NCBI GenBank assembly: GCA_030141605.1
Contig: JAQGDQ010000234.1
Coordinates: 124,001 to 188,000, forward strand
DNA from: Tubiluchus corallicola
Taxonomy: Eukaryota; Animalia; Priapulida
DNA length: 64,000 bases
Direction of reading: 5' to 3'
Shown here: piece after piece, positions 1-14,700 of the stretch
Layout of the letters: each line of letters begins with the position of its first letter
Numbering within the stretch: position 1 is the stretch's first letter
Position numbers and translations under genes: made by a program
Notes under the pieces: generated by a model
The model's database searches: none
The model's input: the letters and a program-made list of their open reading frames with translations, nothing else
What the model was told of the DNA's origin: nothing

Positions 1-29
1 GTCGTGCGTACTGTATTTTCTTTTTTCAG

Positions 30-2624
30 ACGGTTGCTACAAATGGGAGTTTACAATGCTGAGCTGTATAATAATCTGGGCTTGTGCTGCTATTATGCCC
101 AACAATATGATATGTCACTGACGTGCTTTGAACGAGCTTTGTCTTTGGCAAATGACGAAACAATGGCCGACATTTGGTTCAATATAGGACACATTGGACT
201 GGTACATTTCTAGATAAAGATAACAGTATTTACATAAACGATACAGGCCGTAGTATATTGATGTAGTAAATTTTTGGGCTACTCCCTTACCAAGTAACAT
301 ATAAATTGGTTTGTTTTGCCGTGATGCTGTCTCATTCTCGTTGTTATGCATGTAATAAGCTTATCAGTTTCTAACGTTGTGTCATCACAATAAAACTGCT
401 CTGTATACTAATTTTTATGAAAAAATGGGTCCAGGACAATGGTAAGTGGTATTCTGGATGACATTCCTGGCAGATGGGCAGTAAAAACCCAATAAGCGAG
501 CAACTTTATGCTTGGCATTCCGGACTAGTTGAAAATAAGCACTGGCTGTATTACTTTTAGGGTATCGGAGATCGATCATTAGCTTACCAGTGTTTCCAAC
601 TTGCTGTTGCAGCAAATAATGATCATTCTGAAGCTTATAACAATCTTGGAGTATTGGAGCTGAATCAAGGACATAATGATCAGGTACAGTCTTGCTTACT
701 TTTTAAATGTCTCATTATAAAATAATAAGACCACTGCTACTGAAGTACACCTTTGATGTTATTTCTGTGCACTAAATTACACTCAACGAAATGTAGTGCA
801 TATCACCAGTTCAAATCCTCATTAAAATAGAATTGATAAGGAACTGGTGATCTTATTGTGATAAGAAGTAACTTGAACTCTGCTCTTATTTTACTCATAA
901 CCGTATTCCACTGGATTGTGTTGATATTTTTGTTTTGTTTCGTAAATATTGTAATATTTAGGCTTGATAAAGCTTAGTAATAATTAACTCTTACAGGCTC
1001 GTGGGTTTTTATTATCATCACTTAATGGAGCATCTCACTTGTTTGAACCTCACTACAATTATGCTGCACTTTCTGAAAAGGTGATTATGCAAATATGATT
1101 TTCTATTATTTATTTTTTAATAAAGGTATTTTTGTATTAATGTATTTTTTAGCAAATAGGTTTTTACTGATACTAAATAAGGTCTAAGTTACATATCACC
1201 TTTGTAATAATGTTAACTGCTACTTTGACTGAGCGGGAACACATGGTGCTGAGGAATGCCATCTACTGAAAGAACGTGTAAACACTATGAAAAACTTTTA
1301 AAGAATACTCGACCGTATTTAGCTCAAACGGAAGTAAAATTTCTCTTTCATCGGACTACTGCATCACCTTGGAAGAGTACATACGTTTTTTTAAATTAAA
1401 TTAGCTTTAGGAAGTTTGCGGAGCACTTATTCTTCATAAGCACCCAGAATATTCACACCACTTACAAGCAAGAATATAGGTTGTAAAATTACTAAACACA
1501 CCAGGTTAAAATACGTTACATTAGACCATGGTTAAATCAGTTCTGTTTTCACAGGACTGAATGGCTCAGTAATGGTATCACCTGACACAGTAGGGACGCA
1601 TTTAATATTTAATTAAAGGAAAACAGGATGATCTTTCATATCCCATTTTGAAGAATGGTAAAAATGGACATGTTCATAACTATGTACCAAAGTATTTCTG
1701 ATAATTAAATATGAACCTAGAAACTTAATTAGCCGCTGGCAAGTACAGCAAGCAATAACGTCAAAACTGACCAAAATTTTTTAATGGCAGAAACAATTTC
1801 TGTGAGTTTGTTACAAAAGCAAAAATTGGAATGCAGTGATACGTCAGTATTGAACTGAGAGGTACAGCACCTGTTTTTGTGCAACGTGCTTCTGACATTC
1901 AACTGCGATGTCCATCTAACTAAAGAATAACAAAATGTGCGAAAAGCTAACAGAACAAACATGAAATTAAACTTTCACGGTCATTGTAATACCCCGTAGT
2001 AGCATAGTAGTTTGTAAGACACCTATTCGCATTTTATTCTAAGCTTTTGTTTTTTTCTGGGGCAAAAAGTAATAATTATATAGGGTAATTTAAAGGCAGC
2101 ATTGTTTCTATTTCAGTTTTTGGGCTGATATAATTTGTTCTTGACAAAGGCTTGATGCATTTGCTATAATTACTCTACAAAGTTGCACCAAGCTAAATAC
2201 CATACAGGAAAATCTATTTATGGTCATACCACGTGCACACACCTCATTATCTGATGATAAGGCACTAGTGTTTTTACTAGTCTAATTACTCCTACTAATC
2301 TAAACCATGTATGTAAATGTTAATCACTTGCAGTGAATATTAGTGAAAAGGTTCTCTTACCTGTCTGGTGACACTACTTTTCTTTCAACCATTTCCCTTT
2401 ATGTTTGTGCATCAACACAGAAAAAAATATTTTTTATTTGCCCATTTTTAATGATGTTAGTCAATCATTTTAGTCAAGATAACTGAGTGTAAAAATGTTT
2501 TTTTCAGCTTGGAGATTTGCAGAATGCTTACAGTTCAGTGAAAACAGCTCTAGAGATTTATCCAGATCATTCAGACTCAAAACTATTGTTAAAAAAGATT
2601 CAACGCGACTTTTCCACTTTGTAA
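30..2624 (+). CDS. TTC8: Tetratricopeptide repeat protein 8 / BBSome subunit BBS8, last four coding exons (5' part outside window)
   Basis: Exons 30-201, 561-683, 997-1080, 2508-2624 have AG/GT boundaries and join in frame: RRLLQMGVYNAELYNNLGLCCYYAQQYD...GIGDRSLAYQCFQLAVAANNDHSEAYNNLGVLE...FEPHYNYAALSEK LGDLQNAY...RDFSTL*. This matches the TTC8 C-terminal TPRs. Confidence 0.95.
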
Positions 2625-3484
2625 AATCTCTGTATAACTGAAAGTGATATGTGATGTTAAAGGGAGTATAAGAAACATATAAGAGGCAAAGAAGAATATA
2701 AAGGCTTTGAAACATTATAAGAGATATTTAACTTAAAGTAATCATGATGTATTACATAGCTTTCGGTGCATTGCACATTGTTTTGTACATATAACTAATT
2801 TAATGCATCTTAGAAAAATGTAAGCAGTAACATGTCCACTTCTAAGGGACAATAAAATTATCAATACTGAATATTGTGAAATAGCGCTGAGCATGTATAT
2901 TAAGCAATATTGAAGATTGTGCAGTATTATTGTCAATACTATTACACAGTGTAATTAACACTTATATTGTGCATGTATATAGCAGTCAAGGAATTTCCAT
3001 TGTCGTAATTTGTTTTGTTTTATCGATATAATTACATCATTAATTATCCATATTTCAGTAAAATTAGGGATCAGTCTCCATGAATGAAATGCACGTGTGA
3101 AAGTTATATGTACTGATGATGTAGCAGTACTAGTAGCAGTCTCACTCGTGTAACTTGTTTTGAGCTTTTGTAAAATGCATCACCTGCTTTAATGACTTCT
3201 AAATATTTTACAGTAATGTGGTTTTGAACAATGTTTTTTTGACATTGTGAATGTCACCATTTTTCTTTGGAGTCCTCATGAAGTTTCCGCAAACTGTGAT
3301 CATTTTTATTATTCCGTCCATTTATTAATTAGATTATTTAATGAATCAAGACCAGTCACTGTAAAGAAATCGAAAAGATGCAGTGTTTCTGTACACCTCT
3401 GTGCACAACATTCTGGTGAAAGTCACTACTTATTAATTATTTTTTATTTTGTGCTTTCTCGCCTATGTTCCTCAAATGTAGTAG

Positions 3485-3695
3485 TGTTCTGTGCGCATGT
3501 AGTACAATCAAGACAGTACACAATGGTGCTTTGTACACATGTAATACAATCAAGGCGGTACACAATGGTGTCCTGTACACATGTAATACAATCAAGACAG
3601 TACACATGTGTTTTGTACACATGTAATACAGTCAAGGTAGTACACAATGGTGTTCTGTACACCTGTTGTGCAGTCAAGACAGTACACAATGGTGG
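3485..3695. repeat. Minisatellite, about 5 copies of a ~42-bp unit
   Basis: Unit CATGTAATACAATCAAGACAGTACACAATGGTG(t/c)T(c/t)TGTACA starts at about 3496, 3538, 3580 and 3620, with a degenerate fifth copy. Confidence 0.85.
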
Positions 3696-3828
3696 TCTGA
3701 AATGTTGTGTCTTTTCACTTTCTTGTGGCATTTAATATCCAGTTTTTGTATCTGTGTATTACTTCTGTGCTTAATTATAAAAAAGAAATGATAATTAACA
3801 TTAAAATTGGTATTTTTAGTTGAAAATA

Positions 3829-4307
3829 CAGTCAACCTCGTTCTCGCTTATACTGGACACTCGCTTATAAGAGACCACCAACACCAGTCCCGATTTTTTG
3901 TAACGTTTTTCCTATGTAAAAATCTTCGTATATAAGGTATTTGGATATAAGGGACTTTCGGTTATAAGGGACGATATCTTCAGGTCCCACGTAATAAAAC
4001 CCTGGTAGATTATCTCGCATATAAGGGACCCTATGATAAAAGCAAAATTGATTGATTTTTAACCTCAGTTTTTCGCACACTAGGCCTTCAAATAACGCGG
4101 TTTCCATGGTCACATACATTTCACATTACTGAATGAGCTTCTTACATACCGTTTGCACTGAATGTGTAGTAATAATCCATAAAAATATGGGTAAAAGTAC
4201 AGGTCTAGATACACCCTCGGTCTGACTCAACTTCGGCTATAAGGGACATCGGATGTAAGGGACGGTTTTTCCGGTCCCGAGGTGTCCCTTATATCCGAGG
4301 TTGACTG
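3829..4307. mobile_element. MITE, Tc1/mariner-pogo/Tigger-like
   Basis: Perfect 12-bp TIR CAGTCAACCTCG...CGAGGTTGACTG with TA on both sides; internal repeated ATAAGGGAC motifs; no transposase. Confidence 0.85.
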
Positions 4308-5729
4308 TATATTCATTTGCTACCATTCAGGATATTTGCTATTCTGCTAAAAACTATAATATATTTTTTTCTAAGTTTTTGTCAGTTTTAATTCAGTTAA
4401 ATTGATCACTTGGGTTGAAAATGCCATATGCAATGTGACCCACATGAATGTTCCTCAGCCTTTTTTTGCATAGAATAGGTATTATGCAAATCATATCACA
4501 TCATCCGTTGACAAAAGTAGGAAACATTGAGTTTGGTGGCACCCTTTTTAGTGTGTACTGCCCAGGTTTTGCTATTGTTAATGTATTCATTTTGCCAACA
4601 AAGAGTCATATTCAATGGACATGATGAGTAGTTCTCTAGGGATTACTACACAAGCTTTGCTTTCAATTTGAAAGTTGATGTGTTTATTTTATGTGCAAAT
4701 TTTCTTGGTATGTGATTTTCACAATAAGCTCCACAAAATACCATGCAAAAGTTAAAACACTGATAATGTGTAATAAACTTGGAAAGCCTCTGGCAGTTTA
4801 GGGACATAGTTGTTCCCGTTAACAGTGAATACTTCAGTGTGCTTGTGATACCAAAAATGACCGATGTAGTAAGTGTTTATAATTTATAATGTCTCTAAAA
4901 ATGTATTTTTTAAAAAATGTAACAAAATATATTTACATATAGACATTACGATAGATGGTAAATCAGATAAATAGTATAATTATTCTGTCCCATCTAGGGG
5001 TAACTTTAAAAACTGGACTCATTTAAGCAAACAAAACTTTGGTAAGGCAATAATATTTTATTACTTGTATCATCAGCTATTTATTAAAAAAGGAAATCTA
5101 TTTTACTATCACAGATATAGATTTTCAGGAACAAATATTCTGTTCATAAATGTAGGCATGGTTTTTATTATGTTAAACGGCTTTCATCCAGATATATTTC
5201 GTAATGTATCCGCTATTTTGAGTGCTGTTTGTGTCACGCGTTTATTTAATTGCATTGGTCAATGAACGGGCAGGCCTTAGTAAACAGTTTCGCACACTGA
5301 CTGATTGACTACATTACCCCCAGGCCTACTCGCCGTCGCAAGTTAGAATACTCGGCTGCTCGGGTCCTTGCTAAAGCTCTCAGAAAAGTTTGATGCAATC
5401 AGCAAGGTGTGTCCACGGTACTAAAAATAAATGGTCGATGTGTGTGCGTATACCAAGCTTCTGCAATTATTAATACCTTTCCGTTTAGGCAATAAATAAC
5501 TGCAACATGTTTTTAAATTATAATGTAACGTCTAACGTTTTCATACGAATCACTGCGAAATGAACACTTAATATTTAAATCTACTGTTAAAAACCGAATT
5601 AACTCTAATGGAACGACGAGGAGCGTCCGCAATCTAGTGCCGACCGAGATTCTTACCTGTTTAGCAAACTGTGCGTCAGGTAAGCTCTCATCTTCTCAAC
5701 TGAGTCTGGCGGTAAACACAACGGATAAC

Positions 5730-8700
5730 ATGGTGGCGTTACGTTTGTTTGTGTGTTGCGCTGCAGTGTTAACGCTTTTTGCTAGCATAGCAGGTAAACT
5801 TTTTATTGTTTTCGATTTGAACTGTAGAATCAGGCATTGTAGTGGTTTCCTCTTCAGGAAAAATATGAGTTATCATTTGACTTTATAGGCGAACATTATG
5901 GGTGGTGGCTTTAAAATTGAGTAGCAGTATTTTAAAAACCGTGCTTTAATTTACTACAAAGATAGGGAAACATGAGCAAATGTTGACTTTGGTAAGCATC
6001 AGTAAAATTCTTATAACCTGTTTAAATAGTGATAAACGTTGGCTCTTGCTTCTATAAATATTAATCAAATTTTACTGTCATTAGACAACTAAATAAAAGT
6101 ACCAGACAAGATTATAGAGGCTTCAAATACCTTGATGAATTTAATGCGACTGCTTAAAATTTTGTACATAGTACCTACATAAGCTGTAATACTATAATAC
6201 GTTCACTTACATGTGTCACATATATATTTTGTTAAACAGTTAAAAGTTCATACAAAAAAGTCTATGTTCAAACTACAAATTGCTTGAAAACTATCACGCA
6301 ATAAAGGTTATATATTGAACTGAACATTAACATCATTTAACAAGCTTAATGACGTACAAAAGCCACTATTATTGAAAAAAAAGCTAACACTTTTATCCTC
6401 TATGTAGATATAATACCTTGTGCAATTTCCCTACCATGAATGTAATTTCGTTGTAGAGCATTATTGCTAAATGACTGAATTTTAAACTGTTGGTGAGCTT
6501 TAATCCAATTTTTGTGTTTTGTGTTTTCAAAGTGACACAATTTGTCGGCAATGAAAAGCCTAGCAATTGTCACATTCCGACATTGATGCAGGGACAGTGG
6601 TACTCTTATGAAAATGGAGGTGACAAAATTCACGTGATAGAAGATCAGTTTATGTCAGAGAAGGGGAACTGCATAGAGCAGAAGTTTCATGATGCTGATT
6701 CTGTATACAGAAATTTTTTTCTGTTTGATAATGGGTGAGTCAATAGGTTTTACTTATGTGAAACCTTTTAGTACGAATTACTCCTGTAACTTTAATGTGA
6801 TGAAATGTTCCTTTGTTTGTATTTACACTGACTTTTTTGCCATGGTTAAATGTGATAATATTATAACCTTCTCCAGTACTGCTAACAATTAATGCAATGA
6901 GTATTGTAATGTATTAAAGGATACATGTCTGAGTTATTTTGCTACAGTGTGCTATACTTGTACTGGTGACTGTGTTGCCTAGGAATAAAATGACATTTTT
7001 AGCAATCCCAGTTTCAAACCATTGATGAACTGTGGGAACCTTTGAAAGAACTAAGTACTTGTCATTCTTTGAATTGATATTTCAGTTAAGATATTTTTTG
7101 ATGTATTAGCAGTGGTGTAGTACAGTATTTTCCTTTGTTAATTTTTTTTCTATTTTCAGCAACTGCAAGACATGCGTTGCTCTCTACTATAGAACTGAAA
7201 ATGTGTTGGAAAAGAAAGAGAGTAAGTTAGTTAATGTCATTGGAAACTATGGTTATTTCATGCATGATTAAACTGCCGATGTTTATTTCAGCTTCAATGC
7301 CTAGTGCAGGAATATCCTATCTTCCTTTAGTGAATATTGTTAACTTTGAGGTTAGCTATCTGTCCTATCTTCCTTTAGTGAATATTGTTAATTTTGAGGT
7401 TAGCTATCTGTATTAACAATTAATATGTTTATGTTTATTTAATACAACAATCACATTCTTCATTAAGAATTTTTCTCATTAAGTCAAAATTGTACTCCTT
7501 TGCACACTGGTCAGTGAGATGGCTGCTGACATTGTTACATAACTATAGTAAAAATACCTAACTCATAAACATCCTTAACAAATTTGCTAATTTCACATGC
7601 TATTATATCGGCATTATAAGCTTATATGCACTTGTGAGAATAACAAACTTGATGGTGTTTTTTTTGTATGCAGCAACGTGTCAGAGGTCTGATAAACAAC
7701 TGACGCTTGAGTATCTCTGTGCAGAAATAGAATCAGAGGGACTGACTCTTACTACTGTGTTTGGTGAGCTTACTCATTATGCAACTCTAATGCAGTTTTC
7801 CGTTATGTTGCCGAGCTATTTTTGCGCTCTTGTTTTGTTCTAATTAATGGTTGTACCATCAAAGTGGCAAAGTGGTTGTGAAAATGTTCGGCTATATAGG
7901 TAGGTATAACATAAAGCTTTATAGCGTCACGTGTAAAGTTACTGTAGTGTCTGTGGTGGTTATTAAAAGGCATGGTCACTAATTCATAAGCGGCTCAGAA
8001 AACTTGACAGGAAATTTTATCACATACCTAGAATTTCACCATTTCATTGTATACAGTATATTACGAGCAATGCTGTATAAATCTTATTAATTTAAATTTT
8101 CTGTCTGATTACTAGATAATGAATTGTTAAGGGTCAATGTTGAAATATTGGGATAGTAAAACAAATATAAAAAATTCTGTTTTAAATAAGTGATTAGCAA
8201 AAAGTTGTTACCAGGTTACTATTTTTCTACGGCATGCAAATCATTAGCTTTCTGATATCAGTTGCATTTTTTGTGAATAAGTTTCATAATGCTTTATTTG
8301 ATCAATTCTTTTTTAGCCAAATCTCCACGTTTTAAAAACTGCAGAGAAAGTTTCGAAGGTGTTTGGCAGTTTGCTTATGAATACGAAACCCGATATACAG
8401 GAAAATGCAACCATCCTATGAGTAACATTACAGCTTGCCAACGTCCTGGAACTAGTTTTGTAATTGACAACCAACGGTTTACCATGAGTTATAGAAAATG
8501 CCCTGATGTTGAAGATTCATATGATTATCGTAAGTTTTGACCTATTACCGTCAGATTTTATTTAATGCCCACAAGTTTGTTATTTACATGTTTAATAATA
8601 GCTTTAGTAATGTAGGCTTATGACTTCTAAGTTTTTGGGATAAGCAAACAGTTTAACCAAAAAATTTAACAAATCTGGCAATATCAGCCAAAATTCTGTT

Positions 8701-11700
8701 ACAGTATGTAGTTTATTAATGTGCAAGCTTTAATGCTTGTTTTCCAGAAAGTTGTTATCTGTGCTAATGTTTCCTCTTCTTGTTTTACAGAATACTGGTA
8801 CAGCTGTTTAGGTCAATGGGTGGCTGAGAACGGCAATAGGTACATAGTTGTAGCTAATATGGGAGAAGAGCAAGATTATCTCAAATACAGATGCTTTGTA
8901 AGCTGTACTTTTATCCAGTAGTAAAATATTTTTTCCTTATCATGTATCAGTTGAGAGAGATGCATTTGGTTAATTTCAGTGTTCTTAGAGCTGAAATCAG
9001 AAATGTATTTTGAAATTAAATATTCATTTCTCTAAGGGTACAATGAAGTGAGATGTACTAATATAGTTTTTACATTTTCTTTTTTATATATGCCTGTTTT
9101 ATTTACTAGCATAATTTTATGTACAGTCAAACCTCCTTATATCATCTACTTTGGGACTGCTAAAAAGTTGGCATATGCAAGTTTGGCATTATAATAAGGT
9201 GCATTAATACATACATATTTATGCAAATATAGACATTTTGTTCTGCAATTAGGTGTAAGTAGTTTCATGAATGTGACTAATTATTGTCATTTAGCAACAC
9301 GGCTGGTCTGTCCCAGTGTTCCTTTCTTCATTTCGTTGCTAATTGCTTTGTCACTTTTTGCAGGTTGACCGTACTGATCAACCACTGCTGATGACAAAAT
9401 CTCGTGTTGCATCTTGTAATGAATTAAGAAATGCAAAGGAAGGCTATGAAATGCTTACGCTAGTGCAAGGTGATGTATTACATAGAGTGGTTTATGAACG
9501 ACAATTATTTACGTCGAAGATTTGTAAAAATTTAAAATATTGATTTGCTTTATTTAAATTACAATTCTGACAGAATGTGTTGCTATGCTGAGCTATATTG
9601 CAATATATCAGTTATGTGTACGAATAGATTTTACAAACACAAAAGATTCATAATTAATTTGTCAGTTTGACTTTCAGTGGTAGTCTTTCAAAATGTCTAA
9701 ATTTGACTGTTGATACTTTTTATAGTAAAATCAGAGACTGTTGAACCTGGGTGCAAATTTCCGGACAACTTCACCGGGAAATGGATTAGCACTGCAAATT
9801 ATAACTCAGAAGTATACATTAATCAATCACACGTACATGAGATCAGTAAACCAGACCAAGGACCTGCTGAAGACATATATTATGTCTGCAAAGAAGCAAG
9901 AGATACTAGATACATGGTGGCAAAACTTGGTGTTGGTGGCTGGTAAGATACCGTGTTTATAACTGCATATGTGAGGACAAATTATTGGAGCACCAAAAAT
10001 GCGTGGAGTAGTTCGGTATAATTCGTATGTTGTATCTCAGACATCATTTAGATTTTTTTATCGAAACTTGAGCAGTCTCCTATAATTCATGTAAACGAAA
10101 AATACCTATGGAGTCGGCAGTGATGTGTGGGTTTTATTAAGTGGGGAATCACCAGTATGTTCAACTAAGGGTTACCAATTTGTTGTTGATTCGTTTCTAA
10201 ATTGGCCAAATTTTATTATGCTATTATGTGTAGACTAGTTGCATATTAATCAGTTTCATTTATTTTTTAGCCACATTTGTAGCTACATAATATATAGCTT
10301 CAACTTCTTTTTCAGCCAAGTGGATTACATCTGCTTTGATTTTCTCCCTCGTCACCACAATGTAATACGCTGGCGGCAGGGACGTGCATATCTGACAAAA
10401 GATTTTCGAGCTGTATGTGCTTGGTCATCATTTGGTGAGTCAGCTAAATTGGTCTAGAGATCATTAAAGTTTTGATTTGCCTAAATGTAAACAAATTTGC
10501 TGGAGTAGTTCAGCTATTGTAGTTCTGAATTTTGTTTATGTGTCTGATAGAAAAAGTGGTCTTAGAGACACTGTCATAAGAAATGACTGAGCCTTTTTTG
10601 TACTGTAAAACTACTCTGCAGGTTGGAATCTAACATTGCATTCATTGTCAGAGTTTATTTAATGTTAGTAGTTCTAGCAGGACCAATGTCAGTGCCATTA
10701 CATAGACTAATCCACTAATATGAGGCTGTACCATCAGAAGTATATTCGCCACACGCAGTGACCCTCAATTATTCACCATTCAGCATGTAGCATATTTTAT
10801 ACTGAAACACTGAAACCAAGCATCATCAAATTAACTCGTAAATGAATGCTGACTTAATTTTTTGAAGTTGACAGGAGAACAGAAAACATAATCAAAAGCT
10901 GCGCAGGGCAACTGATCTAAATTATTAATATTTTAATTTTTTATTGTCAGGAAATGAAGCTCATTGGAGATATAACACTTATTTAGCATTTAATCCTTAT
11001 GCTGTTGAATGTCCAATTCGTGGAAAGTTCACATTTGAACAGTCTGGAGACAGTCGGCTAACCACAAGGATTGGTATGAATAACACTGTTTATTTGTTTT
11101 GTAAATGCTGATGATAGCTTCACATCAATGATTCTAGAATGTAGTTCATTGTTTGTTGTAATGGTTGTTGGCTTCAAATCAATAAAGATTAATGCAAAGC
11201 TGTTTGCAAACTGTTGTCCAAATTACATGGGCCTTCTTCTATGCTTACACAAACATTTTACAGTAATATTGACTAATAACTTCGGTAACCATGTGGGGAA
11301 GGTTCATTTCAAGTCGACTTTTCATGTTATGTTTGTATGACTAATACTAGGCAAAAAGAAGCTGTGGCAGTTATTATAATGTTCAGTTTATATTAACAGC
11401 ATGTAACTTATCTTAAATTCTTATTCACACACTAGTGATGGAATGAACCGTTCGAATTGCCAGATTGAGCTGAGTCAAACTGCAAAATGTCCAGATTGAG
11501 CTGGCAATGACAGTTTAGCTCTTATGTTGGACCTGTAACTCTTATGCAGTTCGGCAGACCGGGTTTGTTAGTTAACGTAGTACTTTTGTCTTGAAAATGC
11601 TAAACTTGCCTAAAAAACCTTAGGCCGAGTTTCCACTGCGCCCGCACAGACACAGACTTTTTCTGTATGACTCGCAGGGAAAAGAATTGACGCAATAGAG

Positions 11701-14700
11701 CGCTTTTGTAAATCCTTGTTTACGTGTTTGCCGTTTCCACTGCTTCCACATGAAAAGCCACGTACACTCACAGCTCCACACTTTAATTGTCAAACATTTT
11801 TTCTGCAGACGGACAAGTTCATTTTTGTAATGAAGAAGAAATAAATTATGCACGCTGTAGGATTTGGCTTCCCCTCTATGATACGAGTACCCCTAAATTC
11901 AGTCACAGATACTTTACAAGATCCCTGCTAACTGAAATAGCTTTTGAGCTAGTAGTGAATGTTGAACATTTAGTTTTTATTATTAATTTTACTTCTTTCT
12001 AAAGTTTTGGAAATTTAGCTCGGTATGCGATTCCTTGTTCAACGAATTTTTTAAATTTACACTGAACAATTACGCATACTATATGCTATAATTCTTACAG
12101 TATTTCGAATGTTGGCGTGTTTATCTATTGCTAGTGCACGTTCTCAAATTTACATTGCATAAGTTGCAACAATGAAAATTATATGCGACAAATATTTCTC
12201 TTTCGACAACAATTCTCTTTCAACGAACCAAAGTGAATATACCAAATCTATTGAAATTCCAAAAATACGGAATTTTGCAAGTTGCATTCTTAATTTAGGT
12301 ATATCTTCCTCATCCATTATTGCGATGTGATGATATTCACCTAGCTGTTAACTGTTTTCGAGCTCGAAAACGATGTAATCATTTGTTGTGTTGCCTGTTT
12401 GCCCTTTTCTTAACCGAAGTTGAAATCAAATTATTGTTTCTTCTAGAAAGCCCAAAATTTCGCAGCATCTATGATATTTTGTGTAGAATGCTACGGAATG
12501 AATTTAGACCCAGTGGAAACAACTTTTGCGGATGTAAAACGTGCGGACAGAAAAGTCTGTGTCTGTGCGGACGCAGTGGAAACGCGGCCTTACTCACTCT
12601 GCGGCAAAAAAACTTTGAAATTTATTATCATAATATTGGTACCTCGAGTTTCTTGCAGCAGCGATAACCTATAGTAGCTGTGACAACACTTACAGCTGAG
12701 AAGGTGCGACATTGAAAAACACTTGCCACCTTTGTCCAATACTGCCATTCTGCCTTAAATTTGTGAACAGTTTATAAATAGTTATCTGCCTATGAATAGT
12801 TTATATCACCCTGGCAATAATATTCTTAGTTATAGTGCTAAGACCAAAATGTACAAATCCCTCCCAAATCACTTATAAGCAAAAAAGTGTTTGGTTTTCC
12901 CCAATTCATCACTGCGTCGAGTTCATCTCAGTTTTGCTCTCAACTATTTTTTATTTCTACCTGTGATCCAATGCAACTCAATTTTAAAATGAAAGGTCTG
13001 ACAATGGCTCAATTTGGCAAATTAGAGGTCGGTCCACCACACACACACATGCATTTTGGCATCATTGAAAAATTGCTATCTTTGCGTCAATTAGCATGCC
13101 AAATACTCACGTAATTGAAATCATTGTCCAATACATTTTTTCTACATTTAGGTCCAACAAAACGTCCATGGGATCCAGAAGAGAGGTGCACACTGTGGGA
13201 GCCTGATTTTAGAATATGCTCTGAAGATCCAAATACCATAAAAATAGACGTAGATAAATGCTACAGCTTGGATTACAGGGCCAGGCCTGTGCAATTTAAA
13301 TATGGTAATAATTTTCCTTTTTTTGAGAATTAGTTTGCTACGAATACCATGCAGGCATTAACGAGGCATTTAACACTAGGCAGTACAATCTGTAGACGCT
13401 TGCATCTTTCTCTTGTATACACTGTAGTTGTGAAATGCCATAATAATAGATATGTTCGAGAACATTTAGAATTGCTCACACACTGCTTAGAATTGTCATA
13501 ATTAAAATGACATAACTAAATGTGTTGCTCATTTCTATGTAGAAATTTATTAGAAATGTTTTCTTGCTTTTAGTGACATCAATTACTGTACAACAAGTGT
13601 CGTCAGTTAGATAACGTTTAGGCTGTTACGTTTTTCATTCAGTTGTAAAGTTTAAAGACTGCCAACTATTCCTAAGTTACTACTGGTTAGCAACCTTTCA
13701 CAAAGTGGCTTCACTGCTATTGTGACCTTTAGAAAGTAATCTTACATCCGAACAGAAACAAATAGCCTCTTTTTTATAACATTGGGATTGTCCAACAGAG
13801 TGAATGAAGGTAAAGGAAAATAAGAACAAATAAAACGTAAATTATTAAATGCAAGCTTTCCAGAATACTGATGTTCTTGAATGCTAATCATATTATGTTT
13901 TTTCAGATATTTTTGACTATCATCTTCAGTGCGTTGGGTTTTGGAAAGAAGATGCAGTGTCATTTCTTGTTACTTATGACAAAGATGATGCATTTTCCAA
14001 GTTTCGTTGCTGGGTATGCAGCATCATAATTATTCAACTCATATAACTTAATTAAATTTCAGTTAATTAACAATTAACTAAAAAATTGGTTGGGATCCAC
14101 CTTGCCCTGGAAAAATCTTCAAACTCATCTTTCCAACCAGGGGTCATTTCCTGTGAGAAATTTCAGATGGACCTCTTTCCGAATTTTGATAGAGTTTGTA
14201 CATGTGGTTAGGACGCTACAGTTTATAATTGTTATCAACATGTCAAGGCGACCTACAGCATTATTGACACTCTGGTTAGACTTTAATTTTTTATTTAATG
14301 TATAAAGATGCAAAAACTTTAAACTGCGTTTTTGTATCGAATCATTTTGACAGAGTGTTGTATTTTTAAGATTTCATTAGTACTTTCTTGAATGTTCTTC
14401 ATAGGTTTACCAAAGGAGATCATATAGTAGTATAATGATTTCAAGATCTGCCCGCTCTGCATGCGGTTTACTCCAGCAGCCAGATAGCAATAGTTCATTT
14501 GAAGGAGTTAGTGTCAGGCTAGCTCTGGAAGAAAATGAACGAAAACGTATGTAAAAATTAATGCATGTGTTCTGAGTATTGTTCTTATTTGCAGCCATCT
14601 GATCTTTTACACTCTGTGCAATCTCACTAGTTGGTATAAATGGAATACGAATGGTTGCAAACAAGAGCAAGCCTCATTATAATATTGGTTTGCTCTTATT

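Noticed and set aside
3247-3735. 162-aa ORF and a CRISPR-like appearance of the repeats
   Set aside because: The ORF results from the 42-bp minisatellite; the units are contiguous with no unique spacers, there are no cas genes and the context is eukaryotic.
5391-5399. Perfect ATF4/C-EBP element TGATGCAAT upstream of the uncharacterised gene
   Set aside because: A single AT-rich 9-mer is plausible by chance in 64 kb, and there is no other support.
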